IMG/VR virus record: IMGVR_UViG_3300032233_001922
Direction: 5' to 3' (one strand)
Source: an uncultured virus (IMG/VR IMGVR_UViG_3300032233_001922)
Lineage: Duplodnaviria > Heunggongvirae > Uroviricota > Caudoviricetes
Length of the DNA: 64,000 bases
Translations under genes and position numbers: made by a program
The notes under the pieces: model-generated
Databases searched by the model: none
What the model was told of the DNA's origin: nothing
The model's input: the letters and a program-made list of their open reading frames with translations, nothing else
Shown here: positions 29,969 through 39,295 of the stretch, one piece after another
How positions within the stretch are numbered: position 1 is the stretch's first letter
Layout: every line of letters starts with the position of its first letter

Positions 29969-30664
29969 TTACGCTTTAATTCTAATAGTTTGACCATTAG
30001 TAACTGGCGGAGTACCGAATTGTCTGCTTACATTTTGTCCTCCTAAAGCACGAGCAAGGTTTATGTTGTCTGCTGGGTAGAAGTAAAGTTTTACAGTTGC
30101 ATTTGCCAATACTTGACGAATAATGATTTTTGTGAAACCATCAATACGGTAAGCATATTTCATTGCAATAATTGTAGTTTGTTGTTGGTAAGGGTCAATA
30201 GTCGGAACTAAAGTCTTTTGCGCTAAATTACCATTTGCATCTTTAGTGTTTACACTTAAAGTTTCTAACACTTGGTTAGCAGTTGCAGATTGGATGTAAG
30301 TTAAACCAACAGAATAAGGGTTGTTCATAAATTGGTACAACATTTCTCTATAAGAAATATCTGAAATTCCAGAACTAATTGTAATTGAACCAATTACTAA
30401 GTTTCCACCAGCCGTGAAACCAGCGTTGTTGATGTATTGGTATGAACCTAATACTTCAAAGTTTGCTACTGCTGAACCAGAAGTAGATGTAATATCTACG
30501 ATGTATGGTTGAGAAGTTTGTACTGATTGACCCATTGAATCTCCACCAGCGTTGAAGAAGTCATCTCCAGTAAATGACAAATCGCCATCGATAAATCCGT
30601 CTGCGTTAGAGAAGTTCTCCATTGCATTTCTTTGTGCTTTCGCTAAATAATTTCTTACTGACAT
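29969..30664 (-). CDS. major capsid protein candidate (single jelly-roll-like, inferred)
   Basis: 231 aa, beta-rich, no TM; many C-ending codons (TTC, AAC, ATC, TAC) suggesting high expression; own terminator; near the packaging ATPase; has an internal paralog. Confidence 0.55.
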   Translation of the reverse strand: MSVRNYLAKAQRNAMENFSNADGFIDGDLSFTGDDFFNAGGDSMGQSVQTSQPYIVDITSTSGSAVANFEVLGSYQYINNAGFTAGGNLVIGSITISSGISDISYREMLYQFMNNPYSVGLTYIQSATANQVLETLSVNTKDANGNLAQKTLVPTIDPYQQQTTIIAMKYAYRIDGFTKIIIRQVLANATVKLYFYPADNINLARALGGQNVSRQFGTPPVTNGQTIRIKA

Positions 30665-30701
30665 TTTTTTGTTTTTTTAATAATTTTTTTTAATCTTTTT
30701 T

Positions 30702-30830
30702 TTACTCTTTTACTTCGGTTGGCAAACTTACTTTTGCAGACAAATACTTTCTGTCTAAATAATTTGCTAACAAAACCCCACCGATTACGATAAGTAATGT
30801 TTTTCCTACTGATACAATTTCGTTTTTCAT
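30702..30830 (-). CDS. 42-aa membrane peptide immediately upstream of the capsid candidate
   Basis: Manual translation MKNEIVSVGKTLLIVIGGVLLANYLDRKYLS... Confidence 0.6.
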   Translation of the reverse strand: MKNEIVSVGKTLLIVIGGVLLANYLDRKYLSAKVSLPTEVKE

Positions 30831-31033
30831 TACAGAATGAATTAATTTTTAATACTTAAAATAATTATACACAGATATAATATTAAACCAAAATTATAAG
30901 TTTTATGTATTGTAACAAGGCGTTTGTTTGAAAGTAAAATGAAATAATTTTAACAAAACATTTTCTTTTAGTTATTGAGCATAAAAAAACCCAACGTTTC
31001 CGATGGGTATTTGATTAATATATAAAAAGATTT

Positions 31034-31684
31034 TTATCTAAATAGTAAAGAACCGCCAATGAATCCAATACCTATTTTAAAAATAGTGCTATTATACCAC
31101 TTGGTTGGCTCTTTAACTTCTATACGTTGTATTTGCTCTGTCTGTACAAACGGATTAGAATGTGTAATATCGGTAACACTTGTTTTTTTGCCCCAAAACC
31201 ATTTACGCTTTTCGCCACTAACAATAATAACGCTATCGGGTATAGATAGTTCAGTAATAGTAATTCCTTTTTGATTTGACTTGTAAGCAATATGATACCA
31301 CTCTTTTAATACGCTATCTGTTTTTTCAAAGTTACAAGGTACTGAATCTTTGTAAGCTAATGTAATCGTGTCAAACTTAGTATTGGTAACATATTTAGTG
31401 ACTACTTTTATATTCGAGAATTTATCGGTTAATTCTTTAACCTTTTTATCCTTCATAATAATTGAGTTCTTTAATTGCTTATTGGTATAAAACAAATTTT
31501 CTACGCTAGTTACTAATTGACCGTTCTTTAGTTTGTAAACTTTAGCTTGACTATTTAATGCTTCCACATTTGATAATTGCACTTTCTCACTCTCACATTT
31601 TTTAAATAGTTGTGAGAGTAGAATTAAGCATACGATTGTTAAAACAACTATGTATATTCTGTTTTTGTTAATTGTTGTGTTCAT
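31034..31684 (-). CDS. putative spanin-like lysis accessory protein
   Basis: N-terminal TM, coiled coil, KRKWFWG; follows endolysin. Confidence 0.45.
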   Translation of the reverse strand: MNTTINKNRIYIVVLTIVCLILLSQLFKKCESEKVQLSNVEALNSQAKVYKLKNGQLVTSVENLFYTNKQLKNSIIMKDKKVKELTDKFSNIKVVTKYVTNTKFDTITLAYKDSVPCNFEKTDSVLKEWYHIAYKSNQKGITITELSIPDSVIIVSGEKRKWFWGKKTSVTDITHSNPFVQTEQIQRIEVKEPTKWYNSTIFKIGIGFIGGSLLFR

Positions 31685-31696
31685 AATTTTGAATTG

Positions 31697-32158
31697 TTAT
31701 ACAATTACATACCCTTCGGAATCCTTTTGCTTATTGATTAATACTCGCCAATTGTTAAATCCTATTTTGTCGAAATGAGGGAAATCTTTAAAACTCGACC
31801 AACTTCCTCCCCAGCTCCAACCGTATTTTGCAAATACTCTTACACATTCATCCCAATCGGAAACCCCATCTTTATCCCAATCTTTGTGTATATCCCAACT
31901 TGCAGTTTTACCATCTATAATCAAAACTATATCAATTGCAAATCCAAAATTGTGTATTGATTGACCGCCTTTAGCATTTGTTACTTTTGGTTTTTGCTTA
32001 TACAAAGCATCTTGCTCCGCAAAAGTTCTTAAACCTTGCGATATTCTTACTTGTGAGCGACCACATAATAAAAGATTACATTCGTCAATTATAGTTTTCA
32101 TTTCGCCCCTAACTTTTGGGTGTAATTTTGCTATTCTATCTTGCGTTGACTTATCCAT
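31697..32158 (-). CDS. endolysin, peptidase M15 (L-Ala-D-Glu peptidase-like)
   Basis: GLRTFAEQDALY, SIHNFGFAIDI, WGGSW, DFPHF. Confidence 0.9.
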   Translation of the reverse strand: MDKSTQDRIAKLHPKVRGEMKTIIDECNLLLCGRSQVRISQGLRTFAEQDALYKQKPKVTNAKGGQSIHNFGFAIDIVLIIDGKTASWDIHKDWDKDGVSDWDECVRVFAKYGWSWGGSWSSFKDFPHFDKIGFNNWRVLINKQKDSEGYVIV

Positions 32159-32352
32159 TATACTTTTGATTTATAAATTTTTTCTACAATACTTGTTACC
32201 CCTTCAATTGATATGTAAGCGGTTGAAATGACAACCCAATTTGTACCATCTAAATTTCCAGTAAATAAACCTACCGAAGCAATTACAAATACTACCAATT
32301 TTCTACTTACCCATTTTGACAAATATTTGTCGATGTATTCTTGTCTTGACAT
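32158..32352 (-). CDS. putative holin
   Basis: 64 aa, two hydrophobic segments, SRK motif, directly upstream of endolysin. Confidence 0.6.
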   Translation of the reverse strand: MSRQEYIDKYLSKWVSRKLVVFVIASVGLFTGNLDGTNWVVISTAYISIEGVTSIVEKIYKSKV

Positions 32353-32355
32353 TGA

Positions 32356-33171
32356 TTAAGTGTAATAATTAATAATTCTATCCTTTTGAAATTTCAATGC
32401 TTGTTCTGGGGTATAAACTTTTGAGTTTTTGAATATGTTGTTTTTACTTACCATTGGAGAAATCAATTTCTTTTGATGTTCTATTACATATTCCTCTACG
32501 ATTTTATCGAATTTAGTCTTGTCTATGTTTTTTATTTTTTCATCTTCTATATCAACATAAACATAAACTCTCTTATCGCCATTATCATATTCCCTATCTA
32601 CATAATTTTCTACAAGTTTCATTAACTCGTACTTATCCTCAAATTTATTTTTATTCTTTTCAACTCCATCCGTATTTTTATGGTAACGAATGTGAGTTAA
32701 GTTTTGCCAAATTTTAGGCGTTATTCTACCAATAGACTGAAAATGCATAACAATATCCATATCTTTGTGCCTATTGGTTGCAATAGCACCCATTAAATCA
32801 TTAGGCAAAGCATCAGATAAAAATTTTGATGGGTCTTCTATAAGGAGCAATCCCCCTCTAAAATCTTTTAGAATTTTAAATAACGTTTCTTGTAGCTCTC
32901 TTGTTGTCATTGTAACCCCATCGTCATTAAATGGTCTTATTCGCCTTGCTTCAACTTTTGGATGAACAGAAAACTTCATAACATCTGATATTCTTAATGC
33001 TTTTATATTTTCATACTCATCATTAACATCGACAACAAGAACTTTTCTACCTACAACTCCAGCAGAAGGATTTCCAGATATGTATTTCACAAGCATTTTG
33101 TTAGTCGTAAAGGTTTTCCCACAACCCTTACGACCTACTGCTACTATTAGTTTTGGCTCTCTTTCTTCCAT
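32356..33171 (-). CDS. FtsK-HerA superfamily genome-packaging ATPase (A32/PRD1-P9-like)
   Basis: Walker A GRKGCGKT at the N-terminus, Walker B LLLIED, NRH arginine motif, MHFQ sensor; 271 aa with no nuclease domain. Confidence 0.75.
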   Translation of the reverse strand: MEEREPKLIVAVGRKGCGKTFTTNKMLVKYISGNPSAGVVGRKVLVVDVNDEYENIKALRISDVMKFSVHPKVEARRIRPFNDDGVTMTTRELQETLFKILKDFRGGLLLIEDPSKFLSDALPNDLMGAIATNRHKDMDIVMHFQSIGRITPKIWQNLTHIRYHKNTDGVEKNKNKFEDKYELMKLVENYVDREYDNGDKRVYVYVDIEDEKIKNIDKTKFDKIVEEYVIEHQKKLISPMVSKNNIFKNSKVYTPEQALKFQKDRIINYYT

Positions 33172-34253
33172 TATCTTTTTGCTCTTGGTTTTTTAGATGG
33201 CGCTTTAGCTGGTGCTTTTGCTTTAGCTCTCATTTTTCTAACTGGCTTAATCGGTTCTCCGCTTAACCTTTCTAATTCTGATAACATATCTTTGTCGCCA
33301 AATGTAGGCATACCGCTTGGCGCTACATATTCATCTTTAAAACCACCTCTATCGGTTAATTGAGAATAAACGCTTTCCTCCTCTGGTTCAAAGTAACTAA
33401 CTTGTTCTTGCAAAGGTGTCATTGGTTTTGCTTTTGCTTTTGGTTTGTCATAAACTACTTCGCTTTGTATTTCAGCATAATCGTCATCGTTTGATACTGT
33501 TTGTTGAGTTGGTTGTGCGGACTGTGTAGGTTGCGCTGGTTGAACTGGTTGTTGTCTAACCGCTTGACTTTCTCTAATAGCAATCGTATTTTCTTTTAAT
33601 GAATCTAAAATGCTATTTGCAGTTTTTCTCAACATAAATGCTTGAACTCCTTTTGTACCTAAATCGGTAATAAAGTAATATGCCAATAATTGCTCATCGG
33701 TCATACCTACTCCACGTTTTTTGAATACACGAATTAATGGTGGTTTTACTTTTTCTTTAAATTCATCTGTAACGTAAAACGCTTCTTTAATACTCTCATT
33801 ATATTCTAATGCAAAATCTTTAATTGGCACATCGCCACTTTCAGTAGTCAAAGTAATATCGGCATTGATTTCCCCTTCTGCAATTAATCTATCTAATTTA
33901 GTTTCTGAAATTTCTGGAAATTTACCCAACAAACCGCAACCTTTTTCGTAAAGGTCTAAAGTCATTTCAGCCATCATTTCCGCACCCATAGTTTTTTCTT
34001 TACCATCGAGTTCGGAATATGATTCGTTGAATACTCTGTCTGGTTCTTTTTCAGTTTCTACAGTTTCTTCAAAATCTGAATATGAAGGCGCTTGAAAATT
34101 AGGTTCTTCAATATCGGGCATTACTTGGTTTTCATCAACCTTGTGATTGGTATAGCTTCGTTGCTTTACTGGTGCATCTAAAGGCGAAAAGTCATTCCCT
34201 ACCGTTTCTACTACTTCCGCATAGATTTGTTCTGTTTCTTGGTTATTGCTCAT
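33171..34253 (-). CDS. acidic hypothetical protein coupled to the ATPase
   Basis: 360 aa; QPTQ repeats, basic C-tail. Confidence 0.6.
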   Translation of the reverse strand: MSNNQETEQIYAEVVETVGNDFSPLDAPVKQRSYTNHKVDENQVMPDIEEPNFQAPSYSDFEETVETEKEPDRVFNESYSELDGKEKTMGAEMMAEMTLDLYEKGCGLLGKFPEISETKLDRLIAEGEINADITLTTESGDVPIKDFALEYNESIKEAFYVTDEFKEKVKPPLIRVFKKRGVGMTDEQLLAYYFITDLGTKGVQAFMLRKTANSILDSLKENTIAIRESQAVRQQPVQPAQPTQSAQPTQQTVSNDDDYAEIQSEVVYDKPKAKAKPMTPLQEQVSYFEPEEESVYSQLTDRGGFKDEYVAPSGMPTFGDKDMLSELERLSGEPIKPVRKMRAKAKAPAKAPSKKPRAKR

Positions 34254-34689
34254 CTTTCAATGTATTTAATTTGGTTTTTATATTTGTTATTTTTTCTAAT
34301 GTTTTTCTATCAACTGGGTGTGCCGAGTTCAAAGATACTATTTCATTTTTATAAATCGAAGTAAGATTTTCGGGTTTTTTTAAAATAAAAGATATGTTTG
34401 AGTTATCTAAATTTACTCTATTTTGTAAAAACATAGCGCAAACTCCAATAGCACTACGCCTATTGTTTTTTCTTTTTGCTGAAAAGAACTCGCTTAAAGT
34501 CATTTCAAATTCCTCACATACAACATTAATTATGTTTTCTGCTTGTAGTATTTGGTCTGTTGTAATTTGGATATTATTCTTTCGAGAATAAACAAGGATT
34601 TCTATAAGTCGTTCCGTTCCGATTACATTGATTGTCTTATCTAACTCTTTGAGTACGTTAGATATGTTGTTAGTTGCTTCTTGGTTCAT
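34243..34689 (-). CDS. DnaA C-terminal-like HTH protein
   Basis: IINVVCEEFEMT...KRKNNRR...SNISFILKK pattern. Confidence 0.45.
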   Translation of the reverse strand: MNQEATNNISNVLKELDKTINVIGTERLIEILVYSRKNNIQITTDQILQAENIINVVCEEFEMTLSEFFSAKRKNNRRSAIGVCAMFLQNRVNLDNSNISFILKKPENLTSIYKNEIVSLNSAHPVDRKTLEKITNIKTKLNTLKDEQ

Positions 34690-34698
34690 ATTTTGTTG

Positions 34699-35082
34699 TT
34701 ATTTTAAGTATTCATCAATTATATTTTTAGTCTGTTCAAATCCAACTCCAAAACACGCTTTATATCCTTTTGCGTTTAATTTCTCTATTGTTTCCAATTG
34801 ACCTTTCAAATGGTCGTTTGTACTTGCTTTAATCGTTCCATCTTTTTTAAATGGCGTTGCAACCTTTAACTCTATGAATAATCCGTGAAAACCGTTTCTC
34901 GGTTCAAAAATTATTACATCTGGACATTTGAACCCGTTTTTTTGAATATTTCTATTTCTAACGGATTGCATTTTAGTTAATTTCAAATTTGCAATAGTAT
35001 CAGACATATAATCAATATCTTGGTATTGGTACGACAAATATCTACATACTGCGACTTGTAAGTCATATTCTGGATGTAGCAT
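34699..35082 (-). CDS. VRR-NUC-like nuclease
   Basis: EYDLQ, CPDVII, GLFIELK, Q...KGYKA. Confidence 0.75.
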   Translation of the reverse strand: MLHPEYDLQVAVCRYLSYQYQDIDYMSDTIANLKLTKMQSVRNRNIQKNGFKCPDVIIFEPRNGFHGLFIELKVATPFKKDGTIKASTNDHLKGQLETIEKLNAKGYKACFGVGFEQTKNIIDEYLK

Positions 35083-35726
35083 TATATTCCGTATTTTTTA
35101 GCAAATTCTGGGTGCTTTAAAATTTGCGCTCCCACTACTTTAGCAAAATCATTGTCTGTTGGGTAATGCTCCCCCATATAAACACGACTATAAGCAATAT
35201 CCTCAATTATCTCTTTGCAATAGCTATGGTATGTTGGGTATTTACTTGAAATTACATTTAATATCACATACGCTTCTGCGGTGTGACCCGAAGGAAAAGA
35301 AGGTGTGAAAGCAACATAGCTATTTTGAGGAAATAATTTTAATTTATAATAATTTGCCAATTGATTTGGTCTTGGTCTATTATAATAAAACTTCAATTTC
35401 ATAATAAGATTTTGAATATCTAAAACAATACTTGAAGTCAAGTCCTCTACATCAATTCCTTTCTGTTTGAAAGTAGTATTAATCACTTGTAGCAAATTCC
35501 TATCGTATGCTTTATATCTTTTAAGATAACCTAAATTATCGACATCCTCCATAGATTTTAAACAGTCAACAATTTCATTCAATTCGTCTTTAACTAATTC
35601 AGAATCATTAAGAGGGCAAACGTTTAATTTTAATTTGTCAAACAAGTCATCAACCATACAATTGTGGTCGAGTAATTGCTTTTGTTGAACAGTTGGATTA
35701 CCATAAGTTATTTCGTTAAATTCCAT
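35082..35726 (-). CDS. PAP2-superfamily phosphatase/haloperoxidase-like protein
   Basis: KFYYNRPRP, PSFPSGH, SRVYMGEHYPTD. Confidence 0.85.
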   Translation of the reverse strand: MEFNEITYGNPTVQQKQLLDHNCMVDDLFDKLKLNVCPLNDSELVKDELNEIVDCLKSMEDVDNLGYLKRYKAYDRNLLQVINTTFKQKGIDVEDLTSSIVLDIQNLIMKLKFYYNRPRPNQLANYYKLKLFPQNSYVAFTPSFPSGHTAEAYVILNVISSKYPTYHSYCKEIIEDIAYSRVYMGEHYPTDNDFAKVVGAQILKHPEFAKKYGI

Positions 35727-35729
35727 AGG

Positions 35730-35909
35730 TTATTTCTTGAAAAATTTTAATATTTTTTTATATTCATTAGTATTGTAAGGCACTTTACCGTTGAGCCAAT
35801 CTCTTTTAGCTGGACAACCGCAATCGTCTGTTATACTTTCTACAATAGCTTTAATTCCCGTAAAGGTAGTTATTTTTTCTATTGTATCGCCTAACCCTCT
35901 ACTTTGCAT
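35730..35909 (-). CDS. small phage protein (GLGDTIEKIT...DCGC)
   Basis: 59-aa manual translation. Confidence 0.6.
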   Translation of the reverse strand: MQSRGLGDTIEKITTFTGIKAIVESITDDCGCPAKRDWLNGKVPYNTNEYKKILKFFKK

Positions 35910-36003
35910 AATTTATTTTTTCATAAACTTGCAAATCAAATAACCTACTAATACTCCACCGCCAAATAAAGCTACGTGCATTGTTGTCATATTTTTCATA
36001 ATC

Positions 36004-36354
36004 TTATTTTTTAAATTTTTTGTATGCAAAATAACCAGCTACTAAAACTACTGCAATAATCAAATTTTGATTGTATGCACCAGCTAATTTTCTAAAATAA
36101 TAACCTTTACTTTTTGATGGAAGTTGTGCTTTTCCATTTGTAATTAAGCTATTACATCCAACTTTTTTACCTTCGTCATTTAAACACATTCCTCCATCTG
36201 TAATTGTCGGTTTTACTGAAAATTGTTTTTTAAATTTATCTATATCAATCGGAGCAGTATAGTCTTGAATTTGATTTACTGTTCCGAAATCAAGCGGTTT
36301 TGCGCCACCACCATCTACTAAACCTCCACTTGGGTTGTTTCCTATTTGTGACAT
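36004..36354 (-). CDS. membrane protein
   Basis: C-terminal TM followed by KKFKK. Confidence 0.6.
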   Translation of the reverse strand: MSQIGNNPSGGLVDGGGAKPLDFGTVNQIQDYTAPIDIDKFKKQFSVKPTITDGGMCLNDEGKKVGCNSLITNGKAQLPSKSKGYYFRKLAGAYNQNLIIAVVLVAGYFAYKKFKK

Positions 36355-36357
36355 AAA

Positions 36358-36690
36358 CTAAGTTTTTTGATATTTTTTACCTAACGCTTTTTGAACGTTG
36401 TATTTTATTTCCTCAATATCGCCAGTCATATTATCAAACTCATCTGCGCTCGGTTGTTCGTCAAGTTTTTTAATTGCTTTTCTGTAATACATAATACCGT
36501 AAATTGGTACTACAATCCATAATGCCATAATTAGTATATCTACCATTTTCCAACTTGCTTTAGCTTTATTTTCAAATGCACCACCATCTTCATAAGTAGG
36601 TGTTGGAGCTGGTGCTGGGGTTGGCGCAACAACTGGTGCTGGTGTTGGGGTTGGCGCTACTGGCGTAGCTACTGTTACTTCTGCTTCCAT
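36358..36690 (-). CDS. Pro/Thr-rich membrane protein
   Basis: APTP repeats, central TM. Confidence 0.6.
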   Translation of the reverse strand: MEAEVTVATPVAPTPTPAPVVAPTPAPAPTPTYEDGGAFENKAKASWKMVDILIMALWIVVPIYGIMYYRKAIKKLDEQPSADEFDNMTGDIEEIKYNVQKALGKKYQKT

Positions 36691-36692
36691 TT

Positions 36693-37103
36693 TTATTTTT
36701 TTAATGTTGATGTTATTAATAATATTCCAGCCAAACCTCCTAAACCAGCGTACACGTATTTATGCGCTGAAAGGTGTTCTTTGAAATTAGACAATGTGTT
36801 TGATGCTTTTTTAGGTAAAGGTTTTCCAAACACCGTTACTGCGCTTAATTCTATTGGGTTCGCATCTACCAAAGTAATTGACTTACCTTGTAATTCACTC
36901 GGTTTTAATGTTTTTGATTGAAAACCTAAATAGCTAACTTCAAATAATGAATTGTCATTAATTATTTCGTTTTCTAAACTAAAATTCCCATCTATATCTG
37001 CGGTAGTTCCAAACTTTCCCGATTGATTTCCGTTTCTAATTGTAATGTTTGCCAAAGCTAAAGGTTCGCCTTTAGAATCGACTACTGTTCCGTATATTTT
37101 CAT
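36693..37103 (-). CDS. carboxypeptidase-regulatory-like (SusC N-terminal-type) domain with C-terminal TM
   Basis: IYGTVVDSKGEPLALANI...GTTADIDGNFSL...VSYLGF. Confidence 0.75.
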   Translation of the reverse strand: MKIYGTVVDSKGEPLALANITIRNGNQSGKFGTTADIDGNFSLENEIINDNSLFEVSYLGFQSKTLKPSELQGKSITLVDANPIELSAVTVFGKPLPKKASNTLSNFKEHLSAHKYVYAGLGGLAGILLITSTLKK

Positions 37104-37279
37104 TAGCTTTTACCTCCCATTGTTAAACGTTTAATAGTGTACCAATTCACGATAGCACCTAACGTAAATGATATAATACCCACTACTACAAAAATAGTAG
37201 ATAGGTGCTTGTGTAACTCGGTATTAACCTCTTTTTTTATTACTTCTTCGTCTTGTTTAGCATTTTGCTCTAACATAGT

Positions 37280-37894
37280 CTATTTTTTTAATTTTTTGTA
37301 TAAATAATAACTACCGCCTAAAAGCAAAGTCAATCCTACTAATAAATATCCTTTATAAGACTTTACAAGTAAAGAGAAACTACCATTTTTCAACCACTCA
37401 CTTGGTAATTTTTCAAGCATAATTTTCTTGACTTCCCACACTTGTATTTTTTTATTTTTGTCGGTGTCAAAAGCTGGGTTTTGCGACGCTATTAAAGAAC
37501 TCGAAAGAGAATTAGTCTGCAAAACATAATCGTCTGGCTTACCTACTGCTAATGGGAAAAAAGTAACAAAATAAGTGTCTATATAGTTTTTCAACTTTCC
37601 TTTGTAAGGTAAATAGTATTTATACACATAATCTAACTGCTGAACTGCGGTCATGTTTTTTAAAGCACTCGATGTTGTTCCTAAACCTTTTGCAGTATTT
37701 GGGATAAATTGAATAAGTCCTACTGCACCTATTGGATTAGTAATACTTGGAGAAAATGTTTTAGCACTTTCCCAATACATAATTGCCATCAACCAATTTG
37801 GGTCAATGTTTAATTTGCTAGATATATTTTTGACTTTATTTATAAAATCAACTCTATATGATGCTGGAACTTTATCTTCAAATACTAACGCCAT
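37280..37894 (-). CDS. lytic transglycosylase-like protein with C-terminal TM
   Basis: LMAIMYWES...AVGLIQF...QLDYV; TM LLVGLTLLLGGSYYLY. Confidence 0.8.
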   Translation of the reverse strand: MALVFEDKVPASYRVDFINKVKNISSKLNIDPNWLMAIMYWESAKTFSPSITNPIGAVGLIQFIPNTAKGLGTTSSALKNMTAVQQLDYVYKYYLPYKGKLKNYIDTYFVTFFPLAVGKPDDYVLQTNSLSSSLIASQNPAFDTDKNKKIQVWEVKKIMLEKLPSEWLKNGSFSLLVKSYKGYLLVGLTLLLGGSYYLYKKLKK

Positions 37895-38188
37895 TTACCA
37901 CAATATTTGGTCGGCATACCAACCATTACTATTTTTTACTTTTCTGTCTTTTTTGTGTCGTTCTTTATATAGTTTTAGCCTATGATTAGCGTAGCCTTTT
38001 TGGAACAATCCACTTTTTTCGTTTTCTAAATAAGTAGGGTAATCTTTCATACCTCTTGCACCTATTCGGGCAACTCTGATACCATTTTTAAATACATCAA
38101 TCTTTTTCAAAATATTAGTTGAAGGTTTAATTTCAACGCCTATTCTTTTTGCTTGTGCATACGAGTATGGTAATATTTTGTAAGCCAT
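37895..38188 (-). CDS. basic protein resembling DUF5754
   Basis: KKIDVF...IGARGMKDY...YKERH...GWYADQILW. Confidence 0.55.
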   Translation of the reverse strand: MAYKILPYSYAQAKRIGVEIKPSTNILKKIDVFKNGIRVARIGARGMKDYPTYLENEKSGLFQKGYANHRLKLYKERHKKDRKVKNSNGWYADQILW

Positions 38189-38191
38189 TTT

Positions 38192-38401
38192 TTAAACTGC
38201 TATAGCACCATTAATACATTGTTTCCAAGTAGTTGTGTAATAAGTACCATCTGGTCTTTTACAACGAGTAAGTTTACCAGTAGCATTGCTATATTCATCT
38301 TCCGAACATTTACACTCTTTTTTTTTATTTTGTTTCCAAACATAATAACCAGCTCCTAAGACTGCTAATCCTCCTACTAAATACATTGCGTTTTTTTTCA
38401 T
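38192..38401 (-). CDS. small Cys-containing membrane protein
   Basis: N-terminal TM; YSNATG motif. Confidence 0.6.
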   Translation of the reverse strand: MKKNAMYLVGGLAVLGAGYYVWKQNKKKECKCSEDEYSNATGKLTRCKRPDGTYYTTTWKQCINGAIAV

Positions 38402-38417
38402 TTTATATCGATTTTAA

Positions 38418-39113
38418 TTATTTGTTTTTAAACCATAAATCCAAAAATCCATTTTTGCCTAACATTTTTAATAAATAACCTCTACTCTCTAAATTGAAAA
38501 TTTTATTATTTATCATTTGCTCGGTTGTCTGACTGCTCTTAACCTTACTTTTTGAAGCATAATATCCAGAGTTGTAAGATACCATAACTTTGTTAATGTT
38601 TGCGCCACTATTGTCTTTAAACGCTTCTAACAACCAACGTATGTTTGCAGTACCTACTGCAATATTAAATTCTGGTATTTTTAAAGCGTTCAATATTTCA
38701 TTTGTTACCGAAGTAGTAGGCAATACATTTGGGTCAAATTTCTTACTTGATGGAATTATTTTGTTAAAATATTCCTTTGCAACTTTAGGCAAAGGACTAC
38801 CTACAATTTTATCCCATTTAGAAATCATTTCCCAAACCGCATCGGGTGTCATTTGCATTAACCCTACTGCACTATAATTGTTTTTGCCAACATTAATACC
38901 GCCACTCTCAGTAGCAATAAATCCAGTTATAATTGAATCGTCAACATCAAACACTTCGCCCCACTTAGCAATGTAACCTCCATAGGTTTTATAAATCGTG
39001 TTCATTACATCCGTGTTCGCTTTAATTGTTTCTGGTTTAGAATAATTATAGCTTCCTTTCACGTAGGTACGATTAACATCGGGAACTTTTATTTTTATTT
39101 TTGTAAAAGACAT
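38418..39113 (-). CDS. SLT-family lytic transglycosylase
   Basis: IATESGG, AVGLMQM, NIAVG, SYNSG. Confidence 0.85.
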   Translation of the reverse strand: MSFTKIKIKVPDVNRTYVKGSYNYSKPETIKANTDVMNTIYKTYGGYIAKWGEVFDVDDSIITGFIATESGGINVGKNNYSAVGLMQMTPDAVWEMISKWDKIVGSPLPKVAKEYFNKIIPSSKKFDPNVLPTTSVTNEILNALKIPEFNIAVGTANIRWLLEAFKDNSGANINKVMVSYNSGYYASKSKVKSSQTTEQMINNKIFNLESRGYLLKMLGKNGFLDLWFKNK

Positions 39114-39295
39114 ATCTATTCGGTTAAAGGTTCTTCACTTGTTGGGGTATCAAACGTTTGTAAGGTAACTGTACCACCCCTAATTTTTCTAACATTTCTT
39201 GTAAGATATTTGGTAAGCACAAAACCGCCTACCGCAACTCCTACAATACCTACGCCTAAAAATATTTTCTTTTTTATATCCACTTTATTTTTTTT

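Noticed and set aside
32356..33171. ATPase as terminase large subunit or Zot-like extrusion ATPase
   Set aside because: No C-terminal RNase H-like nuclease and no TM segment; the motif layout fits A32/P9-type ATPases better, though this is by eye only.
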